From positions 9,072,866-9,136,865 of the forward strand of contig JBNZDD010013719.1 in NCBI GenBank assembly GCA_050575255.1: DNA of 64,000 nt. The letters are read 5' to 3'. Within the stretch, counting starts at the first letter, position 1; the number at the start of each line of letters is the position of its first letter. A program made the translations under genes and the position numbers. The notes under the pieces were generated by a model. That model saw only the letters and a list, made by a program, of their open reading frames with translations, searched no databases and was not told where the DNA came from. Positions 36,801 through 52,294 of the stretch are shown here, piece by piece. The stretch comes from Harriotta raleighana (lineage: Eukaryota).

Positions 36801-39800
36801 ATGCTTTGTGGAATTGGCACACAAATTTAATGACTGACCCTCCCCTGCTACTTTGCATCTCTTGACACAAGCTAAATATATCAAGTATGCATTTGCTAAT
36901 GGGGTTATCGGTTGGCAGAAAGGAATACTGTTGCATTGTTGGGAGGGGGGAAGAGAAGAAGGTGGGTGGAAGTTCTTGTAATAATACAACACTTTGGAAT
37001 GGAGCAATGCAGTCTGTGTAGGAGCAGAATTTACAACAATGTATGCTGTACATACATTGCACAGTGTTGACGATTGGGTCAGGGTTTGGATAGCTGTAAT
37101 GATCGAACGACTTCATGCAAATTTCTGCAGTCAGCAGCAGTAGAGTTTAACAATGTGATTATCAACACTTTCTGCCTTCCTTATGAGTATTATTGCTCAA
37201 TTAATAATCCTTGCATTTGATACAACGCTGTATCACTTCACATCTCAAAGTGCTTCACAGAATGTACTGTTTTGTTTATTCATAAAAAAATCTTAGTTCA
37301 ATATTCTGTAGGTTGACAAACATCCCATCTACACACATATCCACCCCCGCCCCCCCCATCCCTTAAGCATTTCTGTTGTGGTAAATGATGAGCATGGTGT
37401 CGATTTCCTCCCCCTGATCTGGATGTGTGATAGAGCAGGGGTTAAAAATGCCAGCACATTTCTGCTGTATCATATGCCAGCTGTGGAATCTAATCTGGGA
37501 GTGTGTGATTTGACTCCCTGGAGCTGCTGCAGTGGAAGACAGGCTCTTGCAGAGCAAATTCAGCCGTCCTTGTGTCTGAAAATTCTTTTTGAAAGTTGAA
37601 CATTATTGAATGCAGCTACAACCAATGATTCAGAGTACTTTGTTCAAGCAATAAAAGACGTTTCAGTAATTTTTTTACCCCTCCCCCGCCTTTGATTCAT
37701 GGTGTGACAGTGGAGAGGGGATTTTGAGAACAAAGAAAAGATGAACCACAGTAGTGAGGTGGGTTTATTTAGAATGATTCTTGGTCTCAGCTTTTAATGC
37801 TTTTCCACAAAAGGAAGCATTGAGAGGAATCAAAAAACAAAATGTCCTCTGAAGTGCTCCTCTTTATTCTTCCCCCTACTTCAGTGTGTATCAATTAGAG
37901 CTTGGTTAATACTATCTCCTTTCCTCCGAATTATTGTTTGACCATTTTCCATTGATTTTCATTTGCACACGGTTTATCAAGCACAAAATATGCACCCACT
38001 CATTCACACTGATCTTTTGAAGCACTAATTATCATGCCTAAGGGCTTTTTCTAGTGGAAATTTCATGGACTTGATGCACTGGTTCTAAGCAACCTGTCAA
38101 TATCTAGGCCTCTTAGATTTCTCCTCATTCTTGGTTGAGATTCTCACTTTACTGCGGCTGAATACCTTGAATCTTGGATTGTATGATTGCTCATTGATTG
38201 CCTTTCTCTTGCATCGGAGGTTTGTCATCAATTGGGACTTAGCTTTGTAACTGTTTCAGAATCGTAATTCAGTTTTATGCACAGCAAATCTGTTTGAGTT
38301 TATTTGTATCTTTGCTACAGTGTTTCTCACCTAACGTTTGTTTTCATTGCATGCAATTCAGAAATCCCCTAAATATATATAAATGGTAAATATAAATATT
38401 TACATACAAATATTGGAGCTCAAAATTCTATATGGTGTTCACAAAATTCTGTTACCCCCGTGTTTTTTTCACACAGTGCACAAGAACAAAACATGCAGAA
38501 GAATGCTGAGAATTGTATTTAGAAGTGCTTAACTGTATTCAGTTCTAGTGTTTAACTATATTTAGAAATCCAGAGGATCGGTGTGATGGCAAATCATGAT
38601 CTGTCACTATGCAGCAGACATTGTTACACAAGACATCTGCAACAGTAAATGAATTGTAAGAAGAAACACAGTTGTGGTTAACAGGACTTTAACAACCTGT
38701 GTTTGGGAATTAATGTTGCATTTAACACTGATGATTTGCTCTTTGCTTCAGAGTAAAAAATTGCTCTGCTGTTGATGTAGTGTTGATAAACTTTGATAGC
38801 ATTATGTACGAATTTTAAAAATACAGGGGGCTCTTCCAATTACATAACACTTTTCCCTTGAGGGTCGGATCCACGCAAGTATTATCATTATTATTATCCA
38901 CATTTGCTGCATTTTTCCCACGCTTGACCACAAAATGAGACAACATGAAAAATGCTATACAAATGTCATTTTGTTGTCGTTTTAAAAATGCTTCAGTAAT
39001 GCAGTGGGAAAATCTCAATCATTTAAATTTTAAAAATCATCATGTCACTCTTGTCCAAAGTTCATAACATCACCGCAGGTAGCACTCTGTATTTAAACAC
39101 CACCACAACAACAACTTAGATTTATATAGCGCCCTCCACGCCGGACGGTATCTTAGAGCATTTAAAAATCACACAAAGCAAAGACGACAAACTGGTAAAC
39201 CCAAATGATATTCAAACTTGCAAAAGCAATTATTTTATTGCATGAATTATATAGAATACTATTCAGGCTTGGTGGTTGAATGAAAACAAACAAAGTGTGT
39301 CGTTGGTGAATAACTGCACTAATACGCTTGAGCTCACCCTTTCAGGAGCAGCAGTATGCTTGAGCTTAATAGGTTATCAGAGCATTATTTTTGATAAATC
39401 ACAGTTCCCTGCGATGGGACCTCTCTTTCTTTGCTGATTTTATAGGCTGACCTGGTTGTTTTTACAGTATTACACATTTGAATCCCAGACTTAGAGGACA
39501 CTCATTCTGCCTGTTTTCATTCATCTAATATTCACTGAGTTGCAGTTTGGTGGCATCCCATATTTTTGTTTGTAGGCACAACCTTCTCTAAGTTCCGCCA
39601 GTTGCTCCACGTAGGTAATGTCACTCATTAAACAAAACACAAGACAAAAGCCGCTATGGGCAGTTGTGCGTGTACCATCATCTGCAGTGTGTGTATGCAT
39701 TGGCAGTTTGCAGCAAGGCAAATGCTTTTGACTGTCGGGAGGTCTGATTGTGTGCTCAGTGGAGGAGGGATTGAGTGTGTGCTGATTCAGACAAAAGGGA

Positions 39801-40095
39801 AGGGCGTAGATGTGAGGGTTACAATAGTGAGAAAGATGAAGTGAGTACATGATTGAATCAAAAGTGGAATTTGGGTGCCAGAGAGAAAAAAAAATTGTTT
39901 TCACATCGCTTATGTTGTGAGTGTTCTGTGCGGGAACTTGGCTTAACGCCAGGAAGATGATGAATTTAATTTGCTTTTCCTGCAAGGAAAGGGGAGGGGA
40001 AAGGGGGAAGGAAATCAACAGAATTTAGTTAGTTTACAGAAAGTTTATTTTCTCAGCTTTCTGATATGTTTTGTTTCTTAAATTCTGATTCTCTG

Positions 40096-40150
40096 CCCCC
40101 CCCCCCCNATTCTCCTCCCCCCCCCCCCCCCCTCCCCCCTACTGTTCCCC
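40096..40150. repeat. Poly-C / C-rich tract with an N at 40108 (probable contig junction)
   Basis: Long C runs flank a single N. Confidence 0.85.
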
Positions 40151-43100
40151 ACATCCCCTTCCCCATCCCATATACTCCAAAAATGTGTCAGATCCTGGAT
40201 TAAGGTTATACAACACAATGAGCCATAAAAATGGGGGGAGGAGGAAAGCAACTCAGTGGATAGTCATGCACTTAAAACACAGATTAAAATCACGACCATT
40301 TAAGTTTATGTTCGATCCCTTGATTGAAATAGAGAATTGCAACACAGGAACTCGTTTCCAGTCCCCAAGTATAAACTATTCTCCAGTTTGGGAGTTTCAT
40401 TGCCCTTCACCTAGGAGTCAAATTTCCTTGTGTTTACTCAGGCTAAAGTAAGCAAATAAATCGATAAGAGGCAGCCCCCAACCCCTGACCCCCCGATAGT
40501 ATGTGTATCATTGAAAGGTTTGGTTCAATCGGGAAAAAATAACACATAACTTTCATCCACAAAATTTAGTCAATTCACATTACAGTATACAGTATTCTGT
40601 GAATCACTTTGAGACGTCTCAATTATGTGATAAAACGCTATATCAAATGCAAGGATTATTATGACTATGCAAAAGGTGAGAGCAATATCAACACAGCAAG
40701 AACATGCTCATTGAATCAAAATAAAGCCTGGGTAAATTTGGTTAAAACATTTTTTAAAAATCTATCTGATTTTGTGGTCTCTGTCTATTCTTTTTAGCCA
40801 TCAGTAAAGATAATCATAAAGTTTTTAATGTCCTGACTCCAAACAGCCCCTTTTCTGATGCTCTTGGATCGTAAGCAACAACTGCGAATCATTCTGTCAC
40901 TGAGTAACTAGGAGACATTGGAATCATGTTACGTGCATTCATCACTGTGCTGAGGTCATCTGTGAGTGTACATATTGTACCTCAACAACAACTTGTATTC
41001 ACGTAGCGGCCCTCAGGCAGAGTAGCGGCCCAGAACGTTAGTGACAGTAATGTACCTCAATCGGCAGATCTAAAAAAGTCATACATAACTAGAAACTGGA
41101 AAAATATTAAATATTGAAGAATTTGGGGTTTCTTTGGACATCATTGTTGAGTTTCACCAAAAAAAGCTGACTTTAAAGGTCCCCAGCTTAACCCATGCTC
41201 CTCCTACCAAGCAAGTTTCTCATGTGCTTCAAAACGTCTGCTGATCCAAGCACAGCATTTCTTGGCAAACTGGTTCAGCATTTCACAAGGGTTGAACTAC
41301 GTTCAATGTAAACAGGCTGTTAATAATGGAGCTCCTATTACTGAGTTGTGCAGTGGTGCTATGCAAAAGGAATGACTGGGGACCAGGTGTTTGTTTCTAT
41401 CCTTCCTGCCTCCTCCATTTCAGTCCAAGTATCACTGGTAACTAACTGCTGGAGAGAGCAAGCAGCTGTGTTTACTGAAGGAAAATCATATTCAAGTAAA
41501 TAAATCGGGAAGGGGATGCTCAATATCCCCTCGTGAAATATGATTTTTATTTCCACAAGCAAGCCTGATTGTTACTGTAGCTCCTGAGTGCTGCAGACCT
41601 GAGTGCATTAGCCTGTTTCATGAATGGGAACAAAAAACATATTTGGGCTTTCAATTTCTCGTAGTCGGTGTGTTTTTAAAAAAAAGAATTTTGAGTTCCA
41701 AACAGGCTCCCCTGATCTCTCAGGCAAAAACTGACATCCCAGATTCGTTTGATTATTTTCCCACTTCCAGTCTGTTGGCTGTTAGTTAATCTCAACCAAG
41801 GCAGCAGTTGAGAGCCTTAATTGGCCTCAACCCTTATTCCCTGGGTTAGGGAAACAAAAATTAGCCAATATTCCCACTCCTGTTCATAATCCAATGATTC
41901 CCACTGGAGGTGCACCTGGTTGCATGTTGGTTGAGGACAGAATCAGGCTGGGATGCAATCACCCCCCCATGGTCAAATAGACAGCCAATTCACTTTCCAG
42001 TGTATTCCGTGAAGCGCTCTGTGACGTTTCGAAGGCATGATGAGGCACTATATTGAATGTGAGGATTATTAGTATTATTATGATCTCACATCCTCCTGAG
42101 AGTCAAAGCCTGGGTCAGATTTTTAAATTGTTGGCATTCACATCAGGTATTTTAGAGATGTTGTTAAATGCTTACAATTCTTATTAGGAAGCCAGTGAAG
42201 AAAATTAGACCCCGATGCGTAGGAACAAGATCTGCATCTTGCAGATTCTACCAGCTTACATTTTTCAAAGGGCAAAGTAGGTCACAATGGTTAATTAAGG
42301 CTCTCAGCTGCATGCTTGAAATATCTTACTGCTAATCCTTAGTGTTCAGTTTGGAACAATTTCCTGGCAGAGTAGATTCAGGAAAATGTCTAAGGCATGA
42401 TAATGAATGGTCTGATTGGAATGAGTTTATGCACAGTAGGTCAGTCAGTACCTGAAAAGGAGGATAGGTTAACATTTCAAGCGAGACCCTGCACTGCATC
42501 TATAATAGTAATAGTAATCCTTACATTTGATTTATCCTTATCACATCTTTGAAATATCTCGAGGAGCCTCACAAGGTTTCTGCAAGTATTGTGACAGTGT
42601 ATTATAGATGAACGCTGTGTCAATTTGCACTCAACGATGTCCCACAAGCAGCCAAGAGGCGAAACAACCAGTTTTATCTAGAGGATGGTTGCCCAGAGCA
42701 TTGGAAAAACTCCTTTAATATTTACAACATTCCTAGTATTTCATTTGTTTCTATGTATAATTATATGTGGCATCTTATAGTATTCAAAAAAAATTAAAAT
42801 CTGTGATTAATTTTGGCTGCCACTAATGTATTCACCAGCACACGTGAATACAGTAATGTACTGCCTACAAATTTAAAATCTCCAAATGTTAAATCATCTA
42901 ATTCTTTTGCGTGTCTATGTGTGCATGTGTGTGTCTGGCTTTAATGTTCTGTTTTTAAAATGCACAAAACAGAGCCGGCGATGAAGATTTGACTGCCGTA
43001 TCATTGAGCGTATTGTTGCTTCTGGCAACCAGTCTTTCAGAAAGAATTGATTCATTTACAAATCCAAGGATAGAACAGCGTCAGCAAGGGCATTGGGTAA

Positions 43101-46100
43101 TTAGCTTCTCGTACACGGGCATTTGTTTCCATCAGGCTCCTGAAAGTAGCATTTGCAGGATTCTGGGGTTTTAATTGCTTTAGAAGGTACCGATTCCAGT
43201 AATGGTCCACAATGGTTGGTGTTTTAGTGTAAGTGGATGATGGTGTATGTGTGCGTGTGTGTGTCTGTGCCTCCATTGAAAGCCGCAGTGTACTGTCTGG
43301 ATGATAGGGTTATTGCATTCCATTTGCATTAGCTGAGCTTTATGGAGAACCATTTACAGACAATGATGTCAGCAATATCTCTCAGTGCCTGGGGCCTCTT
43401 GACTGGTAATATGCAATCCGAAACATTCCTTTTTGGCAGATATTCTGCTCAGTGTTAAAGCAGTGCTTTCTAGCCTCTTTAAACCTAAACACAGGAAGCA
43501 AAGACTGCCCCCTCCCCATATCCCGTTTAAAAACTTGAATTAACAATCAGAGGACATATTTGTTTTTTTCTTTTGCTTCCATGATTCCTTCCACTCTTGG
43601 AGCGTTTGTAACATTTGAATATTTTACTAAGAAACCATAATCACGCTTGATTAGAGAAAGTGAGATTCATGGCATGTAAAATTGTGTTCTATTTGTGAAT
43701 ATAACCGATAAGAATACACAATCTATCTAATGCTGTATAAAAGAACAACTGAAGAATGACCATAATCTGCAGTTAAACATTAGTATTTCTGTTTGTGTAC
43801 TTCAGTCACAGATATAGAATTTGGAAATGTTATGACTAAATTTGTCTCGAAACCAATAAGCCCCAGTAAATATCTTAAAAATAACTTCTTTTGAACAGAA
43901 GTATACGGGTTGAAAATTTGCTGCACATTTCAGAATGGATACTGCACTATCGATGGGCTGAATTGTATTGCAAGTGGCTTGTTCAGTCCTCCTACTTTTG
44001 GCCCCAAGGTCGACGTTTTTCAGTTAGTACTGGGAGAAAAATTGAGTTTCTCAGACACTGGCTTGGGTCACTGAGTACTGACAACACAGCATTGTAGGTC
44101 AAACGTTACAGCTGAATGACAATCTCATTCAGACTAAGACACAAGCGGTAGGTTTTTTTTGCTGGAAAAATGTAAGTTACTTGGATCAGAAGATGCACTC
44201 TTATTAAATTTGTAAAAGGAATTTGATCTACGTGCTTCCACTGTCTTTCCAAATATAGAAAGCTTGTTAGGTTTTACATTGAGATTCTACCAAATACGTT
44301 CCATTCTTGGCACACTTCATATGTTTCATTGAATGTACAATGTCTCCCAGATCAAGCTTTGTACAGTACATCGCTCAAATATGGTTGGCATTTGGTAGGT
44401 TAGTTCGAACGTCAAAAGAAGTCCTAAAACATTACAACCCCTCACTTAGGTAACTGATGTTTATTAAGCAACAACTAGACATACAGTACAACTACATTAT
44501 AAAGTAATCCTTTGTAATACTGGCTCTCATATAAGGCAACCAGCTTCCAGTGAGATTAGAAAAAAGACAAACCTTCGGGTCATCGGTTAATTGCTGAAAT
44601 TGCTTCTTGCGGGCAGTGATATCAGCAGTGACCTGATGACTCTGAAAGTGGTCTTTTTTTAGAGCATGAAGCCAGCCTGTGGAGTGAATGCAGAAGTACT
44701 GACCAGCAATGGCACCACTTATAAAGTGGATTGAGATATTATAGACCACCCACTGCCTTCTTGTAATGGAGCTCCACTATGTAGTTCTGTTCCTGAGAGT
44801 TACGATGCATAGAGAATTCGACCTTAGCACGACACAGTGTTGTAACATAGAGTCCCATTTGTCTTCGCTCAACATATTCGGCTGTTCTAATGACTGCTAC
44901 AATTTTTTTAGGAATACAGCATTCAAAGCAATGCATTCCAATTGCAGAAGATTGCTATCCCTCCAAATTCAATCTAAAAGTGTGACTTACTAAATTTCAT
45001 ATTCTTCTCCTTCGAAAGAAGTTTATTGTTGCATAACTCAAAAACAGTGACATTTACAAAATTGTTTAGGGGAATGAGGGTAATAGGCAAACAAACTATT
45101 GTAGTGTGGTTCAGAGAAAACTACAGAGTGTTGCTTTAAAGCCACAGTGGTGCCATAATCTATAAAACATTGATGATTTGGCGACTTCACGCAACATTTT
45201 TTCATGAAGAAAAGATACATAATGTTAATAATTCAATCAAAAGCAACAGTTTAGGTGAAGGGTTACCACAGTATGTTAAGCATTCTATATTTCCCTTTAT
45301 AACTCAAGTGCTTTTTTTTCCTAGGGCATTCCCAGTTTCATGTTTCCATAGGGTTGAGCTGATAATTTTACTGTTAGGACCATGTAACAGAGCTTTGTGA
45401 AAATACAGCACAGCCGAAAGTGGGTGTTGTGCAGATATCGGAAACCACTTGTGCAATAATTATGGAATAGTGTTTGAATGCAACTCCATAGAAAAACAAC
45501 CAATTGCCCGAAAGCAGTATAGCCACCACCTGAACTCCTCAGGGTACTAATTCAAAGTTGCCTGTTACGCCAATTAGGTTGGCTTTTTGAGGAAGGTTAA
45601 CCTCATCTGAATACGTTTTTCATGTATCTTATTTAATTAAGGTAGTGTATTCTGGAAAAGTGTTTTGCAGGGCCACATTGCTGGTTTAGAGTGTTTTTGA
45701 TCACAATTAAGTTAGACTGCTTCAGAGTACTCTCCAGTGCAATACTGAACCTTCCCATGCTTTAAGACCTGAGAGCATCCTTTGGATAAAATGTAGTAAG
45801 TCAACATAAAAATGGGCTGGTTTAATGCACTTGTTACTTATACCCTGAGAGGGCCTGTCTCTCTGCATTTATTGTCAGTTGAGTAATTTGTTTTTTGGTT
45901 TATTAAATTCTCACTTTATTGTTCAACCGTGTTTATGACTCATGCAGTTGTTTAACTTTTAGAACACTCAATCAACATTTATTTGACAGGTTTTGAGCAT
46001 ATAGCATTGTATTTGAAGCATTTCATAGATATTCATGTGATAGGTTCACTGGTAAAAAGGTAGACGACGCCTGCTTTAGTCAAATGCCATTTACGTTATG

Positions 46101-46230
46101 ATTTTAATTCTATAACAATTCAATAACAAGTAGAATGCTGATGTGAATTGCATTTTTTGAAGAATGAAAGCAAGCTGTAAAGTTCAATAAAATGGCGGGT
46201 TATAATTCATAACAGAAATGCACTTTCTGG

Positions 46231-47675
46231 AAAGGTTCTGGAAAGAGTCGTCGCCTCCCAGCTGCGCTCTTTCCTCTCTACCCACTCACTCCTCGAACCC
46301 TTCCAGTCGGGTTTCCATGCTGCCCATAGCACGGAAACTGCCCTGGTCAAGGTCACCAATGACATCCTTACCATCTGTGACCAGGGCTCCCTCTGTCTCC
46401 TCGTCCTCCTTGACCTATCGGCCGCATTCGATACGGTCGACCACTCTATCCTCTTGCACCGCCTGTCCTCCCACCTCAACCTTCAAGGCCCTGTCCTTGA
46501 GTGGTTTACCTCTCCCATCGTTTTCATTTCATACACTCAAATGGCTTTTTCTCCAGCCCCCGCACTGTCTCGTGCGGCGTCCCTCAGGGCTCTGTCCTCG
46601 GTCCTCTCCTCTTCACCCTCTATATGCTCCCCCTTGGTGACATCAACCGCAGACATGGGGTTAACTTCCACATGTATGCGGATGACACCCAACTCTACCT
46701 TTCCTCCTTTATCCTCAACTCCACGACTACGGATGTCCTGACAGCCTGCCTGTCTGACATCGAGTCCTGGACGAGAGACAACTTTCTTCATCTCAATGTC
46801 CGGAAAACCGAGGCCCTCCTGATTGGCTCGCGTCAGCGCCTCCGCAACTCGGGTGCTGACAGCATCAGCATCCAAGGCTGCACTCTCCACCTCGCAAAGC
46901 CAGTCAGGAACCTCGGTGTTCTATTTGACCCTGAGCTGTCCTTTCTCCCCCACATCTGCGCCACAACTGGCACTGCCTTCCACCACCTCCGGAACATCGC
47001 CAGACTGTGACACTACCTCACCCCTCATGCTGCTGAAATACTAGTCCACGCCTTCATCACCTCAAGGCTAGACTATGGGAAATCTCTCCTCGTGGGCCTT
47101 CCCAGCTCCTCCATCCACAAGCTGCAGGTCATCCAGAACTCTGCAGCTCGTGTTCTCTCCCGCACCAGGCTTCGAGACCACATCACTCCCACCCTCGCCC
47201 GTCTCTACTGGCTCCCCATCCCCCAGAGGAATTGAATTCAAGATTCTCATCCTTACCTACAAGGCCATTCACAGCCTTGCTCCCTCCTACCTCTCCGACC
47301 TACTATCCCCCTATCTGCCCGTATTCTCCGTTCCTCTGACTCTGGTCTGCTCCACAGACCCTGTCCTAACCGTCCTACCATTGGCGGCCAGGCTTTCAGC
47401 CGCTCAGCCCCATGGCTCTGGAACTCCATCCCCCAGTGCCTTCATCTCGCTTCCTCCCTTTCCTCTTTCAAGGCTGGTCTCAAGACCTTTCTCTTCGACC
47501 GTGCCTTCAGCTCTCCTCTCGAGTCTCGAGTCTCTACCCCCTCCTTGCTCCCACCCTACCCCCCTCCTCGCCCTGAACATTTTCCCCTGCTCGGGTCTTA
47601 AACCAACTGTCCAGCGCCTTGGGACGTCCTCCTGACGTGAAACGCGCTCTATAAATGTAATTTTGTTGTTGTTGT
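46231..47675 (+). mobile_element. L2-clade LINE, 5'-truncated, covering most of the RT domain; pseudogenised
   Basis: [17 protein letters not shown]...[13 protein letters not shown]...[13 protein letters not shown]...YADDTQLY. Frameshifts near 46510 and 47230, a CGA>TGA stop at 47008-47010, and a (TTG)n tail. Confidence 0.95.
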
Positions 47676-48976
47676 TTCATCTTTCTAAGATTTTTAGGGG
47701 TAACAAGAAATAAACTGTAGCCATTTTACATGACTTGTTTCATTTTTCTAGTACTGTATAATTTTATTATACAGGGAAATAAGAAAACAGTGAACAGTGT
47801 CAATAAACTGCTGACATTTAAGCAGCAAGGGGCTTTTATAACACTTCTGGAACTATCAAGCACAGCTATTCCCAGTACATTCTTCTAAGGTGAAAGCGTA
47901 GACTTAGTTTTAGGCAGTTCCAGGAAAGCCTAATTCCTCAGTGACTCTCAGATACAATAAACAGTTAGAATTCTACCAGCATAGATTCACATTGGAATTC
48001 TGAACATCATCAGAGAATGTAGTCCAAAATCTACCAAGAAACCAAAGTGAGTGTTTGTGTTAGTTAGCTCTTCCTGTTTTTTTTCAGAAAATGGTTTTGT
48101 CATCTGATGTCTACAGTGTGATTCTGTAGGGATTATTATTATAATTTGAGTGACCAAGGGCAAAACTGCAACACAATCAAAGCTTTTGAAGGGTTCCTTG
48201 AATTAAACTGGAACAAGCTCCAAATGTGAAATTGAGCCAAATGCCATCCTGGTACTGAAAGTGTTAAACAAAGCAGGGCTTGTTGGAACATTCAGCCACA
48301 CATCAATGATCTTTATTTTCACACTTCAGTAAATGTCCATCAGCCAACTCAATTGGAAAGTCCAAATGGAAAAACAAGGAAATGGCTTGAAGGAACAACT
48401 TCTGGACAGAAGTCAGGCATGGTACTGAATTAAATTTAGCCAGAGTTGTGAATTTAATGAGCTGAATTTCCTTTCACAAAAACCTACAATGTCCTGCCTT
48501 AATAAATCGCAATACCCGGATTGACAAATTACACTCCCCCCAACGTATTTTGAAATGTGTTTTACGCCATAATTTTTTTTAGATTGACATATACTTTAAT
48601 AATTTAAAATCAAACCACTTTTGCCCTTTTTGAGTAGGCTATAACTCTTCTGAACAATCTCATATTTCTTAAAACCGTTATTCCTTTAAGCCACTGTCAA
48701 ATAATCAATTTAATCAGTTATTTCGACCCTTTGCATTTCTAAGGTGCTGCTCGATCGCGAGTGTTATTGAGAAACTATCATTTCTGCCAGTCGACCAGTC
48801 ATGTTATTAGAAGTGGGAAAATCAGACCATTTTGAGCTACATCTATTCCCACCCACCTACACACGGGACCTGCACAAGTCGTGTCACAAGACTTAATGGG
48901 GTGTGGGTTGGAGTGGGGCATGGCTGAGATTCAACCGTAACATTAAATCCTCTAAAGTCTACTGTAAAGGTTATAA

Positions 48977-49045
48977 AACAACAACAACAAAATTACATTT
49001 ATAGAGCTCCATTCACGTCGGAAGAATGTCCCAAGCCGTTGTACG
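48977..49045 (-). mobile_element. Short L2 3' tail insertion
   Basis: (AAC)nAAAATTACATTTATAGAGC...TCACGTCGGAAGAATGTCCCAAG is the reverse of the L2 3' end. Confidence 0.75.
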
Positions 49046-52000
49046 TTCAGATATGTATTCATTATTTTGATGGTGGGGGGGTTCTCTATTATTGTAAGAT
49101 TTTAATCAAAGTGATATCTGGACAATGCAGGCAGAAACATAAGTTCAGCTTTTACACAGAATTTTATGGTTAATGCTTTAGGAGTATGTACAGCAAGGGC
49201 AGAATTTATTGTGCCTCTTTGAATTGCAAAATATTCCTTTAACCTTTCCATAAAACCTGAGTTGTTTTTCTTGAAATTAATGAAAGGAATGGGTGGCAAC
49301 CCTGCTTGGCTGGCACTGTGTTGAACCTTTGAAATCTGGGACCATTAATCTATTTTATCCAAAATGCTGCAGTACAGCTCACAGATTCAATGCTTAGGTA
49401 CTGAAGTACAATTGTGCCTGACTTATTTTTTTTCTGCCTAATTTCTCAAATTCTCTGAATTTCCTAGTGTGCGTAGTTTGCTTTATCTTGGCTAGTAAAG
49501 GGGCCAGCTCCCCCTCCCAGCCAATTTCTGTACCAGCTTCTTGAGGTGTTCTTGCGGAGAGCAGAGCAAAATCTGCACCATTTGGATTCCTTCCAATTAA
49601 CAGGCAGTAATACAGAATGGCTTTGTAATGCTGTGTGGAATAAATGTAGCTTCAGCTGCTACAGATTCAACTCCTCACTGATGTTTACTCTTAAAATGTG
49701 GTGATTGATGGAACTTGAATCTATATTGCTGTGTAAGCAGAGTGAGTTCAATATGCTGACCACCGGGACGTCAAGATCTGCAGAGCTGTAGTTGCAATCT
49801 GCAAAGCATGCATAATGGCTTGTACAAATGTGAGGGGTCAGAAGGAACAGCAATTAACGCAACATAACAGAGAAAAGGTTGGGGGTGGGGGGGGAACATG
49901 AGAACCGCCTGAAAGAAATTGAAATGCGAGAATGAATGGAAGATGCATCAAAGCTGGGAAATCAAATGCAAAAATTAAAACTGGGAATAAGAAATCGCTT
50001 GGTAATGATGCACAATAACCGTGTGGGGTCACAGGGGTTTTTCCACAAGGTAAAGTTAAAGCTTTCATAATAATGAACTCAGTGTGTGGTAACCATGAAA
50101 AACAAAGGCACACAAGGAAGTAACTAAAGTTTTAAATTACTGTAGAAAAATTCCAGAAGGATTTTTAATTTAAAAAAATCTCCAAAGAAAAAAAATAACG
50201 ACAGCTAAAATGTGCAAAGGGCGCACAAAATGTTACCATTCTGACTGTAATTTGCAGAAAGCTTCCATATCTGTATCAAAGATCACAGCGCTGATATCAC
50301 TCGCTCCAGTATTTTCAGTTGGCTTATCAGTTTTTTTAAAAACACTTTCCTGATCAATGCTTAAACTTCATTGCAAGGGTAACAATGAGACCAATTCATG
50401 TTTGTTTAAAAGGAAATACACCAGGGCCCAACCATGTTACAAAGGTTTGTTCAGCAATTTGACTTCAGATGTTTTTGAACTCCCTTGATACGCCAACAAA
50501 AAGGAATGCAGGCGCTTTCATTATTTCAGACTTGTTTACATCAAAGGCTGGAAGCCATCTTGGCTTGGGGCGTTACAGACACAATTAGAGCATCAGATTT
50601 ACAGGAGCTGCCAGTTGCATCATGCAGGCTTTAGTGCTTTATCAGGCAGGGATGGGCATTGGCTTCTCCCTTTATCCCCTGCAGCATATGTAATTAAAGT
50701 CAAAGCCCTTCATACTGCTGCTTGTCATTCTAGTGGCTCATGTGGATCCTCTGCCTTTCGAATCGTATCATGTGACCACCTGTGAGACGGCTCACTCGAT
50801 TAATCTTTCATGAGAAGCAGGAGGCAGTAGGATGTGAAGCTGCAAGCTATGACAGGCAAAGAATTAGAATGACTGAAGGCAAGGTCAGAAATGGGCCAAT
50901 TCATTGTCCGCATTCAGGCTCACAACCACTTGCGTGGGGAAAGAGCGAGAGAGAGCGAGAAAGATTTGTATAAAAGAATTTCTTCATTCAGACCGAATCA
51001 AAATCTGCTGAATCATCATTATCTGACAAATTAGTCAACCGGATGGGGATGACCTGTGCTCTAGTAATTAAAGCTTATGATCTGCATTATACACATCTGG
51101 TTAGAGAAAGGAAATTACATGCTCTTGTCTTTACATACAGCAGCTATTTGTGTTTCCAAGGGCACATCAACACTGTTTACACTTGCACTGCCATTATTTG
51201 TTGTTGAATTTTTCTGGAAAACAATGCTGACCCCATTTCCTCTCGGTAGATGTATTATGCAAATGTGCAAATGAATCCTCACAAGGGTACCATTGTTCTT
51301 TATTGTGTGGTTTCAGGTTAGCTTGTGGGAAAGAATGTTCTACCTTGACTGGGGTAAAACCATCTACTAGAGAAACCTCAGTGGTAGCTCAGGGCGAGGG
51401 AGATTCTTTCATGTGAGTCATCCCCGAGGATTAACAATAAAGCCCCTCCCAGGAAGCCAAATGTGTCAAAAGCCTGTTTACATGCTTAGGGAGCACAAAG
51501 CTCCATTAAGGTGGATTTACAAAGTTTTTTCAGTATCTGAAGGCAAAGAATTGGTCCATGGATACAATGGTTAGGGCCCCAGATATGAATTTGCAATGCA
51601 ATCCAAGGTCCCAGTTTGTGGTACAACTCATTTGGCTCAGTGACTGGGGAATGCCCTGCTCACTACAAAACAAATCTAAAGGTCACCTTGAGTTTTAGTG
51701 GAAGGAAATTACGAAGCAGCTATATTTTGAGTGTTTGGTTTGTTTTATCTCCCCCACCACCCAAGAAAAATGCAAAGAAAACATAGTGCGGTTACGAAAA
51801 TCAAATAAGGGCTGATGTTGTTCCGTTGTGAACTCAGTCTCCCGCAATGCCTGAGCTGATGCTTGCTTTAAACAGGAATGGTTTCACTTGTCGTTGGGTG
51901 GATTTGGTTGTGGGCAGGTGTTCAACTGTATTCCGCTTGTGCTATGAATAGGCCAGGCAAAATGCCCTTGGTGGAAATGCACATAGTATTTCCATTTGGG

Positions 52001-52294
52001 TGTTGCCTTGCACTGCTGTTCTCCCCTGACAATACTGCACACTTGTCACTACATGTACTGAGTTATGCTGCAGTCCACTCCTGTCTCTTCAGGTGGAAAA
52101 ACTCCTAGGTGGAAAAGGGCAAGGGATTTGGGATTAGAGCAAGTAATTCCAGCAGAGGATACAGCCTCAGCCAAACAACTTCCTTCTGTAATTTCTATGA
52201 TTCTGTAGTTGAGGTTGAAGAGGTTCTATATTCACCGTCTCTTCTTTCTTGACATCAGCACTTTACTACACAGTAATAATCTCAGGTGGTGCTT

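Noticed and set aside
46218-47635. ORFs of 140-186 aa as host genes or an active retroelement
   Set aside because: Fragments of a 5'-truncated L2 ORF2 with frameshifts and a stop; no endonuclease or ORF1.
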